A DNA stretch of 64,000 nucleotides from Octopus sinensis (taxonomy: Eukaryota), in assembly GCF_006345805.1 (NCBI RefSeq), contig NC_042998.1, positions 60,016,001 through 60,080,000 on the forward strand, written 5' to 3'. This document shows, piece by piece, positions 11,935-27,736 of the stretch. The notes below the pieces were generated by a model. It did no database searches and had not been told where the DNA came from. It saw only the letters and a list, made by a program, of their open reading frames with translations. Both the position numbers and the translations under genes were made by a program. Positions within the stretch are counted from its first letter, which is position 1; every line of letters starts with the position of its first letter.

Positions 11935-14253
11935 CACTTACCCATTTCGAAAGTTTCAGTTCTTTCTTCATCATTTGTAGTGTCTTTGAGGAGGTGTTTG
12001 AATAGTTTTTTGGAGAGGTATTTTTGAAACCCCCCTACCGCATTTGGAAATAGGGTTTTCAGTGTATGGTGTTGTGTTTGTGTTATGTGTAAAATTTTAT
12101 GTGTTTCGGTGGAGTGGTGCGCGGATGATTATTTGTCTTAAAGTCATCTTCGCAGATGTTCGTGTTGGATGCAATGTAATCCATTAGTTTTTTATTGTCC
12201 GTGTCTATTGCTGTTAGTTGTGTGTGTGGTTTGGTGGGTCATTGATTCTTTCATTGTCTAAGGGGATGCTGTCCGGAGTTAAATATCTCCCTGCTTCACT
12301 TCTTTGGCTTTTTGGTCTTTTCCTTTTACCCCCTGTGGCTACTTGCCATTCCGTCGAGCTTTCGTCGTTGGACGACAAGTCCAACGAATCAGAAGGGGGT
12401 AAAGGCAAAGCATTTGCATTAATATGTATGTTTGTAGAAATTGTTGATGTTTTGTGCGGTGTTTGTGTTGTTGGGCTGTTAGGAGTAGAATTTGTCTTCT
12501 CGTCACTGTTTTCTGTTTTTTTTTGTTGTCGTCCTTGGTGCTGGTGTTGATCTATCTTTTGGTGTTGTTTCAGTATGATGAATCGATTGCGACGTCAACG
12601 GTGATTGTGTTGGTGCTGTTTCTTTTCTTGGTGATGTTGTTGGGGTTTGTTGTTTTTCTTGGCATTGTTCCATCATTGAGTGTGGTGTTGGTGTTGGTGT
12701 TGGCAACAAAGGATTTTTGTTTGTTTTCTGATTTGTTCTTTCTTGTTTTCTCTGTGCCAGAACGCACTTTGCAATTAAATGTTCTGGGCTGCCACAGTTG
12801 TAGCATCTTGGCTTTTTGCCTTCTGCTACAACATATAGGCTTTGCCCATTTTCTAAATGGATCCTATCAGGAAGTTTCTCTATAGAAGGCCCATCAATCT
12901 GGATGGTCACTTCTATTGATTTACCACCGCAATTGTCATTTTTGTACTCGGCGATTTCTAATATGTTTATCGTTTTTAAATGATAACATATCGCCGATGT
13001 TATCCATTTGGGTGGTATGTCTGTTGGGACATTTTTAATTGTAATTTTGCTCACTCTTTGCCCTCTGTAATATGGTATCATGATGATTTCACCATTTTGC
13101 AAAGGCTCCGTAGAGTGAGCTTTTGTCCACTCCTGGTTAGGGAAGCGGACCACCACTGTATTAAACTGGGGACCCCAGTTTGTATATTCTTTTACTTTCA
13201 TTATGCTTTTTGCACACTTTTCAATGTCCGTTTTTGTGATCTGTTCATTTTGTTTTTTGTTTTTTTTAATGATTTTATATATAATTGTTTGGTTTTCTAT
13301 TTGTTCCTTTATGTGTTGAGGTGTATGCAACACTAAATCCTGTCCTTGGGTTGTGAAGAGTGATCTTGTCTCTATCAACTCTTCATTTGTGAACTATATA
13401 ATTTCTTTTTTCTGACGCAGAGTGTCAGCGAAATTTACTTTTATATTCTGGCAGTTGTTGTCGTTGTGTGTTTGTGTTGTTGTTGTATCCGAAATATTCT
13501 TGGACGTGGCTTTTTCGGGTATTGTTGAATCTGTTATGATAATATCTTCACTATTAGATGGTAAAATATTTATTTCATTTTTGTTGTTGTTGTCTTTGTT
13601 AATTGTATTTGCGTTATTTTCATTTTTATCATTTATGTTGGTGGTGGTGGTGGAGGTGGTGGTTGTGGGTATATTAGATGTATGGTTGCTGATTATGCAA
13701 TTAGCAAGGGGTGGAAAATTTTCTGCATAATTTGCCCCTGGGTTTGAGCAAATTTTGGCAATTCGTTTGATGGTTGCGTTTTTTTTCGTTTCTCTCCTTC
13801 ACTTGTTGGTGGTGGAGGGAACAATGACTGAAGGGAATTGTTGTTGTTGTTGTTGTTATTGTCGTTCTTGGTGGCAGCGGTGGTGTTAGTAGCAAAGGAG
13901 ACAGTCGTCGTAGCAGATATTGTAGTGGCGGCATTCGTATTGACGGCACGGTCTTTGGTGGCGGTGATCTTGGTATTGTCATTGTTGATGTTAGCAGAGG
14001 CAGCAGTTGTGGTAGCAGAAGCTACCATGGTGGTGGTGTCGGTGTTGATGGTGGAATCATTGGTGGCGGTGACGGTGCTTGGCCTTGCGGCCTTTATTTT
14101 GTAGTTGTTGCTGTTGTCGATACTGAGGGTGGTGGTGGTGGTGTATGTAGCGTTCAAACAGTCAAGTTCAGCGCATGGTGACAGGGAATCTTGCTTTTTT
14201 GTTTTGGCTTCACGCTTCAGTTGCGCCTCAGCCTCGTAGTGACCAGTAGCCAT
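11935..14253 (-). pseudogene. Tx1-like ORF1 (low-complexity N-terminus, RRM-like region, zinc knuckle), frameshifted
   Basis: 12503-13378 contains SKITIKNVPTDIP and PRCYNCGSPEHLIAKC (CX2CX4HX4C). 13693-14253 supplies a T/N-rich N-terminus. A KRKRPK basic patch lies near 12300. The lower boundary is approximate. Confidence 0.8.
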
Positions 14254-14469
14254 TTTTGAAAATAAAAATGGCTAAAATACAACACGAGGCCTACGAGAAT
14301 TTTTTTAATTTTGCCCACAAAGGGCGATATTTTGTGTAGATATTAGTCAAGGTTTGCAGTGGATGTTGTTGCACAACTTTTAAACACAAAATATTTGACA
14401 ATAAATGCTTTTGAACGTACAAAATGACCAACTTACGTGGAGCCCATTTGAATTGCGTCTGTCTGTCCA

Positions 14470-15920
<1,451 letters not shown>

Positions 15921-15934
15921 AATATATTCTTTTA

Positions 15935-16290
15935 TTCTTTCATTTTTCTACTTGTTTCAGTCAATTGACTGCTGCCATGCTAGAGCACCGCCCTTAGTCG
16001 AACAAATCCACCCAAGGACTCATTCTTTGTAAGCCTAGTGCTTATTCTATCGGTTACTTTTGCGTAAAAACACCAGCATCAGTTGTCAAGCGATGGTAAG
16101 GTGACAAATACAGTCACACAATTATATACATATGTGCGATGGGAATACTTCAGTTTTCGTCTACTATATCCAGTCACAAGGTTTTGGTCGGCCTGAATCT
16201 ATAGTAGAAAACACTTACCCAAGGTGCCACGCAGAAGGACTAAACCCGAAACCATGTGGTTGGTAAGAAGCCTTCTTTTTTCCACTCTAG
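15935..16290 (-). mobile_element. tRNA-derived SINE family B, partial
   Basis: Matches 38834-39312 (CCAAGGTGCCACGCAG, GACTGCTGCCATGCTAGAGCACCGCC). Confidence 0.8.
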
Positions 16291-16299
16291 GCACAAGGC

Positions 16300-16480
16300 A
16301 CGAAACTGTTGGAGAGATCAACCTCAGTACGCATCTGGTACTTAATTTATCGACCCCCGAAAGGATGAAAAGCAAGTCGACTCCGGCGGAATTTGAACTC
16401 AGAACGGAAAGACAGACGAAAGACTGCTAAGCATTTCGCCCGCTTTGCTAACGTTTCTGCCAGCTCGCCGCCTTACAGCT
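16300..16480 (-). mobile_element. SINE family A copy
   Basis: Reverse complement of the head and central domain of 40665-40800. Confidence 0.85.
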
Positions 16481-16529
16481 CGCCTCCTTACCACACAGCC
16501 CCTCCTGCACCTATAATACAATATTGGGC

Positions 16530-17455
16530 TTAAAAGAGATTGTGAGATGTTCACGTTAAGACATAAAACTATAGTACCGTATTACCCTAGTTCGTGATCA
16601 ATATTAAGTGAGCTTTAAAAAAGCTAATGTGGAAGCCACCGACGAGGTCGCGATCCAAGAATTCTGAAAGATAAACAGGGTAACTCCGAACCCAAATGCA
16701 CCAAACGGAAGTTCACCAGCAGAATTAATGTTTGCAGAAAGGTGAAGTCAATTTTCGATAAACTGTTACTAGTGAAGAAAAACTTACGTACTAGTAAAGA
16801 CATTTCAAAATTCTTTAGAATCGGTGATAAGGTGTATGTAAGAATGTACAAAAACGGCAAGCAATACTGGGAAGAAGGAGAAATTGTAAGATATATAGGA
16901 AGAATGTTGTGTAGTGTAAGAAGCAGAAATGGAATGGAAAGGAGACACAGAAATCAGCTTAAAGAAATCATCATAGAAAAGAAATCAACAAGAGTAGAAA
17001 TACGGATGGATTGGCTATATGACACTTTCAGGTTCCAACGCCGTTACAAGAAGTCGAAACCACACGTATAAGGAAAAGGAAGAACACTGAATTCCTAAAA
17101 TTAGACCCTAAGAAGAAAAGATATTGAATATATATATAAAAGGAGAGGGTGAGGTGGATAAAAAAATTGATTGTTAACTAAAATAATTAAAAGGGGAGAT
17201 GTATAGTGAAACTGTATAACCCTCCCGTTAAATAGACCAGTAGTCGGTCGTCAAGAGAGAGTCGTGAGTCGAAGAGTTGGGAGTTGACAATTCTAGTCGG
17301 TGCCTTGTGAAGCTATCAGTGATAGTAAGAAGTTACTATTCCGGTAGATACATCGGTAACCGATGACTAGTAACTATTGTGGCCACCAGCGTAAAACAGC
17401 AGCTATATTACAACGGCAGTCATACATCACACCATTGAGAGGAACCCACTATACA
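16530..17455 (+). mobile_element. Ty3/Gypsy LTR retrotransposon 3' fragment: integrase C-terminus, PPT and 3' LTR (17200-17455)
   Basis: FRIGDKVYVRMYKNGKQYWEEGEIVRYIGRMLCSV...RRHRNQLK is a typical Gypsy integrase tail. A purine tract AAAAGGGGAGA (17189-17199) directly precedes TGTATAGTG. The LTR ends in the perfect inverted CACTATACA (17447-17455). Confidence 0.85.
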
Positions 17456-17842
17456 ACAATATGTATGTATATATCTTATATCAAATCCATTGTGTATGTG
17501 TGTGTGTGGCTTCTAGGATCTCGGGCATCCGCCATCCGATTGCGCTCAAATTTGATATGTATATACCGATGGTATCAGGGCGTGTATAAGTCTTGAAAAA
17601 GTTACAAAAATCGATTCCAGGTGAGAATGCGATCGATAAAGTCACGGGAAATCGTTTTTCTTTGGAATAGAAAAAAGTCTATCTTTATTTCTACTTTTGC
17701 TGGTGTCTCAAATTTAGGTTAAACCAGTGTTTCTCAAGCGAGAGGCCTATGGGATGGTCGGACAAGTTGTTTTGAGAAAATGTGGTTTAAATGTTTGACA
17801 ACACAGCACCGTCCATCGGACGGGTTGGGGGGCGTTTTACTC

Positions 17843-17878
<36 letters not shown>

Positions 17879-17884
17879 CTTATA

Positions 17885-18560
17885 TAAGTTTCGGTCAGAT
17901 TTGTCCCCGGCCATCACTGACGTAATAGCACCATCTGGAAAAACGCCTAGTGATGTTTCATTTCAAAGTTATTCTTTGAGCACCATAGTCTACTCCATTA
18001 AATGGTTATTGTTTGCTAAGATATATTATGGGTATAGGTAGCTTATCTCGAATTTGTTAAACATATTCATCCAGGAACTATTTGAATGTTATGAGATCTC
18101 TTTCATCTAATATGTGTCTTGACATGGTGTTAGTTAGAGCAAGGTCAGTTCAACTGTAATCATTTGGATGTGAAGACAGCGAGCAATCTTTGGGTGAATA
18201 TTAAATTTGATGTCTGTATAATTTGGGAATTTTTGTTCTAATATTTTCCACATCATACAAATTATATAATGCTCACGGGAGCGTGGAAGAACGTTGAAGA
18301 GAATCGAATATGAACTTCTCGAGATGATCCCCATAATCAAGTCCTGCTATGTCATCTATTTGTTTGGTGGGGAGCGGGATTGATCAGTGGGGGGGGGGGG
18401 CTTCAATTTTTATATTTCATTTTGTGTAGGAAGATCACAATGTACAACTGTTTTCAAGGTGAGGACGGGTGAAGTCTTGGTAGGAGCGTTTCTAGAGTGG
18501 AAGGTTCTAAGAATCCAAGAATATGTCCTGCGGGCCATTTTGACTCTGCTTGTTTATGGG
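17885..18560 (-). mobile_element. Degenerate CR1-like LINE 3' fragment
   Basis: The minus strand gives SWILRTFHSR and SLQR...REHYIICMMWKILE (CR1 thumb-region motifs), plus the shared family tail at ~17890-17940. Confidence 0.7.
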
Positions 18561-20169
18561 GGCAACCCTGCTTATACACACACGCGCGTGTGTGTGTGTG
18601 TGTCTATGTGGAGCGAGGGAGAGAGAGAGAGAGATGTACATACGTGTGTGTATTTTACCAGTCTCAATGTTCATCAGAACTTTGGTACTGTACACTTTCC
18701 GTCTCACAGACTTCGGTGAACTGGTCTGTAATTCTCATAGGACGTTTAATATAGTTTTATATCATTATCAATATCAAGTGTGGACGAAGAAAATTGTATG
18801 AATATTAATGAGAGCTCAAGTGTCTTCTGTCTATAACTAAAGACAACAATTCTTTAGAAATAATTGAGGCAGTAAATATTCAGGATTATCAGGGTTATTA
18901 GAGTGCAAGATCGTGACATCAAAGCGGGACTCACAACTTTCATATCTAATGACTTCATTGATATTACTTATTTGATTCATATAGACTAATAATCTTTAAC
19001 AACTTAATACTATCAAATTTAGGAAAAGTATGTTCGTCAGAAATACTCTACAATAACCGAAGGGTAACTCTGAACACTACGCAATAATGTGCACTTAAGT
19101 TCATGCTTTTGAATATAGGTTTTATGCCGTTGGAAGCAGATGAATCTGACAGAGAAAAGGAGAGAAAAAGAGTGAGAAAGACAGTGTGCTGTTAATGTGG
19201 TCACCCAAAAACCGAAATGTGTACATAGTTTTCTGCTTTCCTGTAAACAACGATCGTATTTAACCCCGTACCCTAATCATATAAGTCTATTCTATGAGTT
19301 TAATTCTTAATTTCTGAATTACAAAACTTGCTTGAAAAAGGCAGCTAGCTCTGCCTCAAGGCACATTGTATTATGTTAAATAATGAAATAAGAAATAAGG
19401 GACCACGTTGTCCCTTAAACATTTGAAATTGGGTTGGTCTCGTTCGCAATGGAATTGTTCGGTGATATATTCAATGAAACTTGGTAAGAAGTTAAAGAAT
19501 GGCAACCACAATTATCACAAACAATGCTTTAAGAGGCCGCGTTACCTGCAACAAATTGCGACAAAACCTACTATATATTATTGCAACAGAACGCAGTCTT
19601 ATAAATGGATACACTGCATGTGAGTGCATGTGTGTATATGTATTTGTGTGTATATGTATTAGATGGGTATCTTTATGCAGTAGATCTATATATCCGTAAT
19701 CAAAACATATATAAGTATATTTTTCCATATGTACCTACTTACACATATATACATACATACATGCATGCAAACATACATACATACATACATACATACATAC
19801 ATACATACATACATACATACATACACGTGTGTATGTGTGTGTGTGTGTGAGTGTGTGTGTGTGTGTGTTTGTGTGTGTGTGTACACGAAACAACAGTATA
19901 AATGACGAAAAAAGTAGAATGAATGGGGGCGCATCTGTAAGGATATGGACAGATCATCTCCAGAAATAAAGAAACAAAGATAGAGCGTAATACAAGAATT
20001 TATATGATTGTTAGAATATTCTCGTGTATATCACGACACATTTTGTGCATTTTCTCTCAGATTCTGTTAGCATGATAAAAAATGGAAATTGCCAATAGTA
20101 CTTCATAGGGAATGATTAATAATAACTTCAACAATAATGATAATAATAATTCCTTCAACTGTAGGAATT

Positions 20170-21170
20170 TTGGGAGGAGGGGCTCAACTGGTATTCAACC
20201 TCGGGGAAAATTGAGCGTAAAGCCAGAAGAAATACCTAAACATGGAGACGACAAACAAGGACAGACAAACGGATTAAGTCGATTATATCGACCCTAGTGC
20301 GCAACTGGTACTTATTTAATCGACCCCGAAAGGATGAAAGGTAAAGTCGACCTCGGCGGAATTTGAACTCAGAACGTAGCGCAGACAAAATACCGCTAAG
20401 CATTTCGCCCTGCGCACTAACGTTTCTGCCAGCTGGCCACATTAATAATAATAATATTGATTTCAATTCTTGGCACAAGGCCAGAAATTTCGGAGTGGAG
20501 TGGGGTTTGGGAAGTCAATTATATCGACTCCAGTGTTTAGCTGGTACTTATAATATTGATTCTGAAATGGATGAAAGGCAAAGTCGACCTCAACAGAATT
20601 TGAATTCAGGACATGAAGACAAGCGAAATACCGATAATCATTTCGCCCGGGGTTCAAACGATTCTGCTTGCTCTTCACCTTAATAATAAAAATATTGATT
20701 TCAAATTTTAGCACTAGGCCAGCAAGTTCAGAGGAGAGGATAAGTCGATTACATCGACCTCAGTATTATAACTGATACTTATTTTATCGACTCCGAAAGG
20801 ATAAAAGTAAAATTAACCCCAGTGGCATTTGATCCAGAACATCCAGTGTTCAACAGGTATTTATTTCATCAACCGCGAAAGGTGGAAAGATAAAGTTGGT
20901 CTGGATGAAATTTGAATTCAGGATGTATAACCGGAAGGAATGCTACTAACCGTTTATGTTTTCCGGCGCGCTAACGATTCTCAATAATTGAAGTAATGAT
21001 TTATAATATAGGTACACAGCTAGGAATGATTTAGTGGGAATATATTGTCGATTTTTCTCGATGCCTGAAGAAAACTACTAATTATTTTATCCATTTCGAA
21101 GGATAACAGAGAAAGCGAACCACTACAACATCCGAATTCAGTGCGTAAATAGAAGCAAACTAAATGCTGC
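20170..21170 (-). mobile_element. Cluster of about five SINE family A copies of different ages
   Basis: Repeated TCGACCCCGAAAGGATGAAAG-like cores at ~20320, ~20570, ~20790, ~20875 and ~21095. Confidence 0.75.
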
Positions 21171-22843
21171 AGAATAATTTGTTCGTTGCTCTACTGAGTC
21201 TGTCGAATCTTTTACCAAAAATAGCAAATTTATTTTAATGCTGAATAACGAGAAAGAAAGCATACTATCACTGGCGGTCTGCTTTTCAAAAGAGAAAAAA
21301 ACTGCTTAAAAAGCAGATAATATCATTCGTCAAATATGATAAGTTTGTGGCCCATAAGAACATATGGCTTTTGAAACTTCGGAGAGGACAGTATTGTTTG
21401 AAACACTGGGTTCTTACACTTTTGTATGTCCATTTATCAAACAAAAGAGATAAATCAAAAGAAAATGTTATTGTTAGTGCCTTCACACCAAGCAATATTT
21501 CATATCATACAAACATTTATCTTACTTCAACATTTTGAAGGTTCCAGCTCATACGTTCAAATATATTGCTTTTTGCTATGCTGACTTTATCATCAGAAGA
21601 TAAGTCTACTTCTGCATGAGCTGTTACTTATATCTTTGATATTTGCGTTTGAGATGCTTGAAAGTTAGGTTCCTGGATAGTCAGCTTGTTGTTTAAAGTA
21701 CATACTACAGTTACAGAGTTAACGAATCAAGGACATCTCTTAAAGCATAATGATATTATAGCTCCTCACATTATTTCAAGCGAAAGGTAAACCATTTCCT
21801 TAGTTGTAGTTCTGTAATTTGGCATTGAAAGGATTTCCGGTTTAGGCAACTTTGCGTTTAAGAACATATCGAATAAAATATAGTACATCAAAAATGAATG
21901 AGTAAATTCCCTCGTTTTTATTCACAGATGCAAAACAAATTTATTTTCTCCAAAACTACAAATGTTTTCAATTTTTGTGCATGATATTGATTTATTTGTG
22001 AGGTAAATAAAACATATCATATTTTAGACCCAATATTTAAGCTCACGTTTTCTAAGGGAGGGTATAACCGATGAAATTCACGAAACAATAAAATGTATAC
22101 CTAACAAATATTAACGAAAAAGTCCATCGTGAATACGGCAGTGACTCAGAGAATAAAGGGTTTTAAACTAAAACTCATAAAATATTTGTTCGCTAGTCAA
22201 CCCATTGTGACACCTAGATGAAATTGAACGCAATAGAATGTTAGAAGATGAAATAAATATAAACGAAAATATTACAAATTGTTCCCAGGAAATAAACGCT
22301 TCAGAAAGATTTGGTAACTTCAACCCGACGATTACTGTTATTATGCTTTATGGCCCGAGGCCGTAATTGAAATATTTCCAAAGTCATTTGGCCAGCTCTA
22401 CTTTCTTGAGTAAACCAATAAATATCAATACTATTCTAAAGTGTATCAAACAGAAACCGGATTTCACTTTTGTATGTAAATATATAAAGGTAAAGAAAGT
22501 TTCGAATACAATTTGCCATTCTTTCCTTCTTTTATCTTTTATTATTTACAAGATAAACTACATTAATGTTTCTCATATCACTGTGTGCAGAACAAAAGTG
22601 CAGTGAAGAGATATTATAACCAGCAGCGAGTGCAACGTTCGCTGCAAATTCGCTCTCTTTCTCTATCACTCTCACTCTTCCTCCCCCTCCTCTCATACTC
22701 ACTATCTCTGACACTTATAGCTATCCATTTATCTATCTAGCTATTTGTATGCATAAATATATATACATATTTATATGTAAATATATAGATAAACATATAT
22801 ACATATGTAAGATCTATGTAAACATATTTATATGTATCATACA

Positions 22844-22876
<33 letters not shown>

Positions 22877-22918
22877 CTTATGTTATATTTTGTGCGTATA
22901 TATATATATGCGTGTCTT

Positions 22919-22956
<38 letters not shown>

Positions 22957-23099
22957 TATGCATGTATGTAAATACATATATACCAACACCATGTACTCAG
23001 GCTTAGACACACATACATACTCAAAGACACACACTGAGTGTATAAAGGTATAACGATATGTATGTCTATATCTATATCTATATCTATTTACTTTGATTT

Positions 23100-26000
23100 T
23101 TAATAGGTTTCGACCAGTCTAACTTAATAGCACCACCTGGCGAAGACGTTCAAATCAGGAATCGGACAACATGGCCACTCTAGTAGAAAGCTATTGTTTA
23201 TGGAGACATCCTAGTGTAGGAGATTTATCCGGGATTTTTTGAAGGAATTTGTCCAAAGACGTCTTGAACTTTATGGTGTCTGCCTCTGCTTTATTGTGTT
23301 TTGGTGTAATGTTAAAGAGACCGGGGACAACTGAAGTGAAATGATTGTGCTGTATTGTTATGAGATGCGAGTGTAATTTACGTTGTGTGCGGCAGCACGG
23401 AGATCAAATCTAGGGTGTATCTTAAAGGTGATGCCGACATAATTTGGGCAATGCTGATGGAATATTTTCCATATCACGCATATGATGATATTTTGTTTCG
23501 TGTGGGGAAACCACAAGGACACCAGTACTCAAGGTGGAATCGAACAAAAGTGGAGGAGAGAAGGATAATGGTGTGGACGTTTCTCGACCGGAAAGTTCTG
23601 AGAATCCAGGAACACATTCTACGAGTCATGTCAACTTTGTTGTTTAAATGAGTGGCCTGGCTTATGTTGCTGTCCACAGCCAATCCCAAATCTCTGATGT
23701 TGGATGCCATGAGAGTTTCACCTGAAGGAAGGCAGTATGGGAGTTTCAGGTAATCCTCTTTTCCGAAGTGGATTAACTCAAAACAAATTATTCTTTTCCT
23801 CCCATTGGTTGACAGCCAGTTAGTGTGACTGAAGGCATGTTTAATCACCCATTTCATTGATGACCTTCTGGATCTTGGAATCATCTGAAAAGATCCTTAG
23901 GTTGTTGTGATTTGTGATTGACGATGTCACTAATGTCATTGATGTAGATGACGTAAAAGAGTGGACCCAATACAGAGCCTTGGAGAACACCACTACTTAC
24001 TTTGGCGGGCTTGATTTTACACCTTCGACTACAACGCGTTGGGTACTGCCTGTCAAGAAACGCTTGATCCATCGTAGTAAGTTTTCAGAGACACCAATGT
24101 TGGATAGTTCTTTTCAAGAAAATCCTATGATTAACCCTGTCAAAGACCTTGCTGAAATCAAGGTAGATGACATCGGTGCTGGAGCCCTGTCCCAATGCTC
24201 TCAAAATATTATGAAAGTGATGTAAGAGCTCCGTTAGTCAGTTCCTTCCATTACGGAACTCATGTTGGTATGGGTTATTCGTGATCTCACCCACCTCTCA
24301 AATACTTTGATGATATGAGAGATGAGTGAGATCGGACGATAGTTCACTACAAGGGACTCCTTTCCCTTTTTGAAAACTGGGACAACAGATTAGGACAGAA
24401 AGTTTTAAGGAATACGGCCAGCATCCAGTGAGTTCTTCCACAAATTAGCAAGAGTAGATGCAAGTTGGTATCGACACACCTTCAGGACACAAGCAGGGAA
24501 CCTATCAGGGCCTATTGTTGAATTGTGTGTAATTTCGTTTATTGCTGCTTTGACATCAGGGGTGCCAAACTTTATGTCCGATATAGTGTGTTGATACAGC
24601 CCAGATCAGCCTCATCAGGATTGCTGAAAACAGAGCACCATTTTTCTGCAGTATCTCACTCGTGATTTTGGCATTATCTTAGGGAGTGTCATTTTCATCA
24701 ACTAGAGGGCCAACTATGGAGACGGTGACATTGCGCTTTTCGCAAAAGAGAATATTTTGGGGTTGAGTTTGATTTTTCTCAATGGCTCATTTCTCCTCAG
24801 CTGTTCTGGTTATTGATGATGGTCTTCATGGAGGTTATTTCTTTTATTTGAGCAGGGCCATAGCTGTCGAATATAAGTATGGCTGTTGACAGTATTTTAG
24901 TTTGTTAATTTTTTGCTCTTTTTATTTTTCTGATAATAGTTTTTTGTTTCAGTTTTGGGATTTTTGCACTTAGTTTCCTTCATAGATCTTGGTGGGGTGT
25001 GTTTTGCACATATGTTTGTGACTGTCTAAAAATATCTGCCAAGATATTTTGATGTTGGATGAGGTGTATGTATGTGTAAAAGACCAGTCAACATGTGACA
25101 GCCCGTTCATGATTGCATCCCAGTCGGCATCACAGGGATCCATGTTATCAAATGGGTGGGCTGGAGAAAGTTCACAAGAGTTATCTTTCGGCTGGTGGAA
25201 TCTCAGGTTGCAGAGAAGCATGTCATGGTCTGAAAGAAGAGTTTTTTTCCACTGTGATATTATGTATAGTGTTAGTGTGGTTACTAAACATTAAGCCTAA
25301 AATATTCTGATATCTTCTTGATGCAACGACAAGTAGTAACAAGAAAATCTCATTCAGAAAATCGAGAGGTGACTTCTACTGCTTCTTTGTCAGCAGACGA
25401 GAGGGGAGTGTCTGGTTTCAAACACTGTTGAATAAAGCACTTAATGCTATTGAGACATTCTTTAAAGCGCAGCACGGGTGTCTGAGGTGGGCTATACAGC
25501 CCAACTACTATCAGATTATTGTTTTGTTGTGTACGGTGACTGATTCAGAGTAGCCATTGGGGAATGTGCTATTTCCATCTGCCGAATAGGAATCATGCAG
25601 GAAAATGACAGTTCTATCCTTTCTCCTGTCGACTCGATTTGCGTGGATGATTGTGAAATTCCTCACAATCACTGCGGTTTCCAAGTGAGAGATGTCAAGG
25701 TGGATCTTGGTAAGAATGAAGAAAAGTGTGTAGTATGAATGATTACCAACCCAATCCTCAATGAACTGGATCTTCCATTTTTGTCCATTGAGTAAAAATA
25801 TAGAGGCTAGCGTAGCGTTGGGTTTTGACTTTTGTGTGTTAGTAACAGGAATGTAGGGATTTGGTGCACTGTCGTAATAAGATGGTATTGAGTGATAGAT
25901 ATTTTTTTTTATTTTTGTATCTCTTTTGTCAAGTTGAACATGGCTAAAAAGACTTTTCCTGCTTAGGAAGCAGTTTTTGCCGGGAAGATAGGGTTGTCGT

Positions 26001-26450
26001 TTCCTCTTTTGGTATAGTTTTCTGTTGTTATCTCTGTTTTTGTGTCTTTGTAAATAGACTGGACGCGCATTACTGCAGCAGGGGGTGTTTATACTGTGGT
26101 TTGTGTTTTACCTTGGAGCCCCGTTTCTGTTAGTGCATCGGAAGACGAGTGCAGGGACAATCACGCAAAAGACATAGAAATACCGGCAAATTTGGGGATT
26201 CCGTGTTATTCGTGTGTTAACGTTCAATTTACTATTTGATGGTGTTGATATTATTGGGGGATGCGTGTTTTAGCCTTAGCTGGTAGCGTTTGTCCGGAGT
26301 CTGCGTCTAATGCCAGGTAGATGTGTGAAGATTCAGACACTACATATGCAGAGCTTGTGACGTAGTAAATGACGGCATAAGTTGGGGTTTCTTGTTAGTG
26401 TCGTGGGGGACGCATTCTACTTCATAGACTTTCTTAGGTTTTTTAAGGCT
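23100..26450 (-). mobile_element. Long degenerate CR1-like LINE (APE + RT ORF2 and upstream ORF1-like region)
   Basis: VSSGVLQGSVLGPLFYVIYINDI (23881-24072) and SWILRTFRSR...VRFHLEYWCP (23474-23884). An APE-like RVDRRKDRTVIFLHDS segment lies at ~25590-25640. The family tail is at ~23110. The 5' limit is approximate. Confidence 0.85.
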
Positions 26451-27072
26451 ACAGTAGGAGTAAGGTGGCGATGTGGGGGGGGGGGGGGAAGCAGTGGTTT
26501 ATTTTAGTATTTGAGGTGCTAGAAGACGATGGTGGCAGCGATAGTGGTGGTGGTGGTGGTGGTGGTGGTGATGATGATGATGATGATGATTGTGGTGGTT
26601 GCTGTGAGAGTGGTGAGTGAGAGACAGGTGAAAAGATACTATCGTTCAGTAAATCAGCTAATATGCTCGAATTATGGAGCGGCTCTTCATGCTGTTGCAT
26701 GAAGGAAACCTCGACGTGTTTTTAGTTTGCTGCGTATCTGCTTAACAGATCACAAGTTGGGTATTTGCGCTATTTTCTCGGCAATCTCATTTAGACACGA
26801 AGTGTTTATGTCTTCTGTTTGGGAGAGAGAAAACCATGTGCTTATTATGAGGTCAATTTTATTATCACCAATTTTTTGGTTGTAAGTCTGGTGGTTATTT
26901 GCCATGGATATTTATTCCTCTTGGTTTTGTTTTGTTTCAGGTGTGTGAGGCTTTGGTTATCTGAAGATATTCAAGAAGAATAGATATATATTTATCTCTC
27001 TCTCTCACACACACGCACACACACACACACGCACACACACACACACACACGCGCACACACACACACACACAA

Positions 27073-27110
<38 letters not shown>

Positions 27111-27200
27111 GGTCAATTTGGTTTTGTAGCCTTGTAGCTGTGTGACTTTGGCAGACGGAAGCAAAACACGTCTGTACACTTCAACAGTCAAGCCTGTATG

Positions 27201-27247
<47 letters not shown>

Positions 27248-27697
27248 AATGCATGTATGTGTTCATTTGAGTTTATGGATGTTTCTGTGTGTGCTGCGAG
27301 TGTGCATGAGATTGCCGAGTGTGCATGAGATTGCCGAGAAAATAGCGCAAATACCCATCGTTTCATCGTTAAATATACGATATTCAAAGTAGTAAATCTA
27401 TCCGAAATCTAACATGTGGTGGTAAAATACTTTAGTTCGTTGAAAACTCGGTATACATAGAAGTGCATCATTTTCCACTCAAGAATACAAATTAGGCAAA
27501 GATTAACAGGAGTAAGAAATCTATAAAGAACTATACAGCTAGCTAAAATGAAAGTATCGCGGTACCATTGTAGAGCCTATACACATATACATATTTAAGT
27601 ATAATAATGTATGTGGGTGGGTGTGTATGTATATATGTATATGTATGTATGTATGTATGTATGTATTTATACATGTATATATATATATATGTATGTA

Positions 27698-27736
<39 letters not shown>

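Noticed and set aside
21200-21800. Possible decayed DNA transposase
   Set aside because: No convincing catalytic or dimerisation motif in any frame I could translate.
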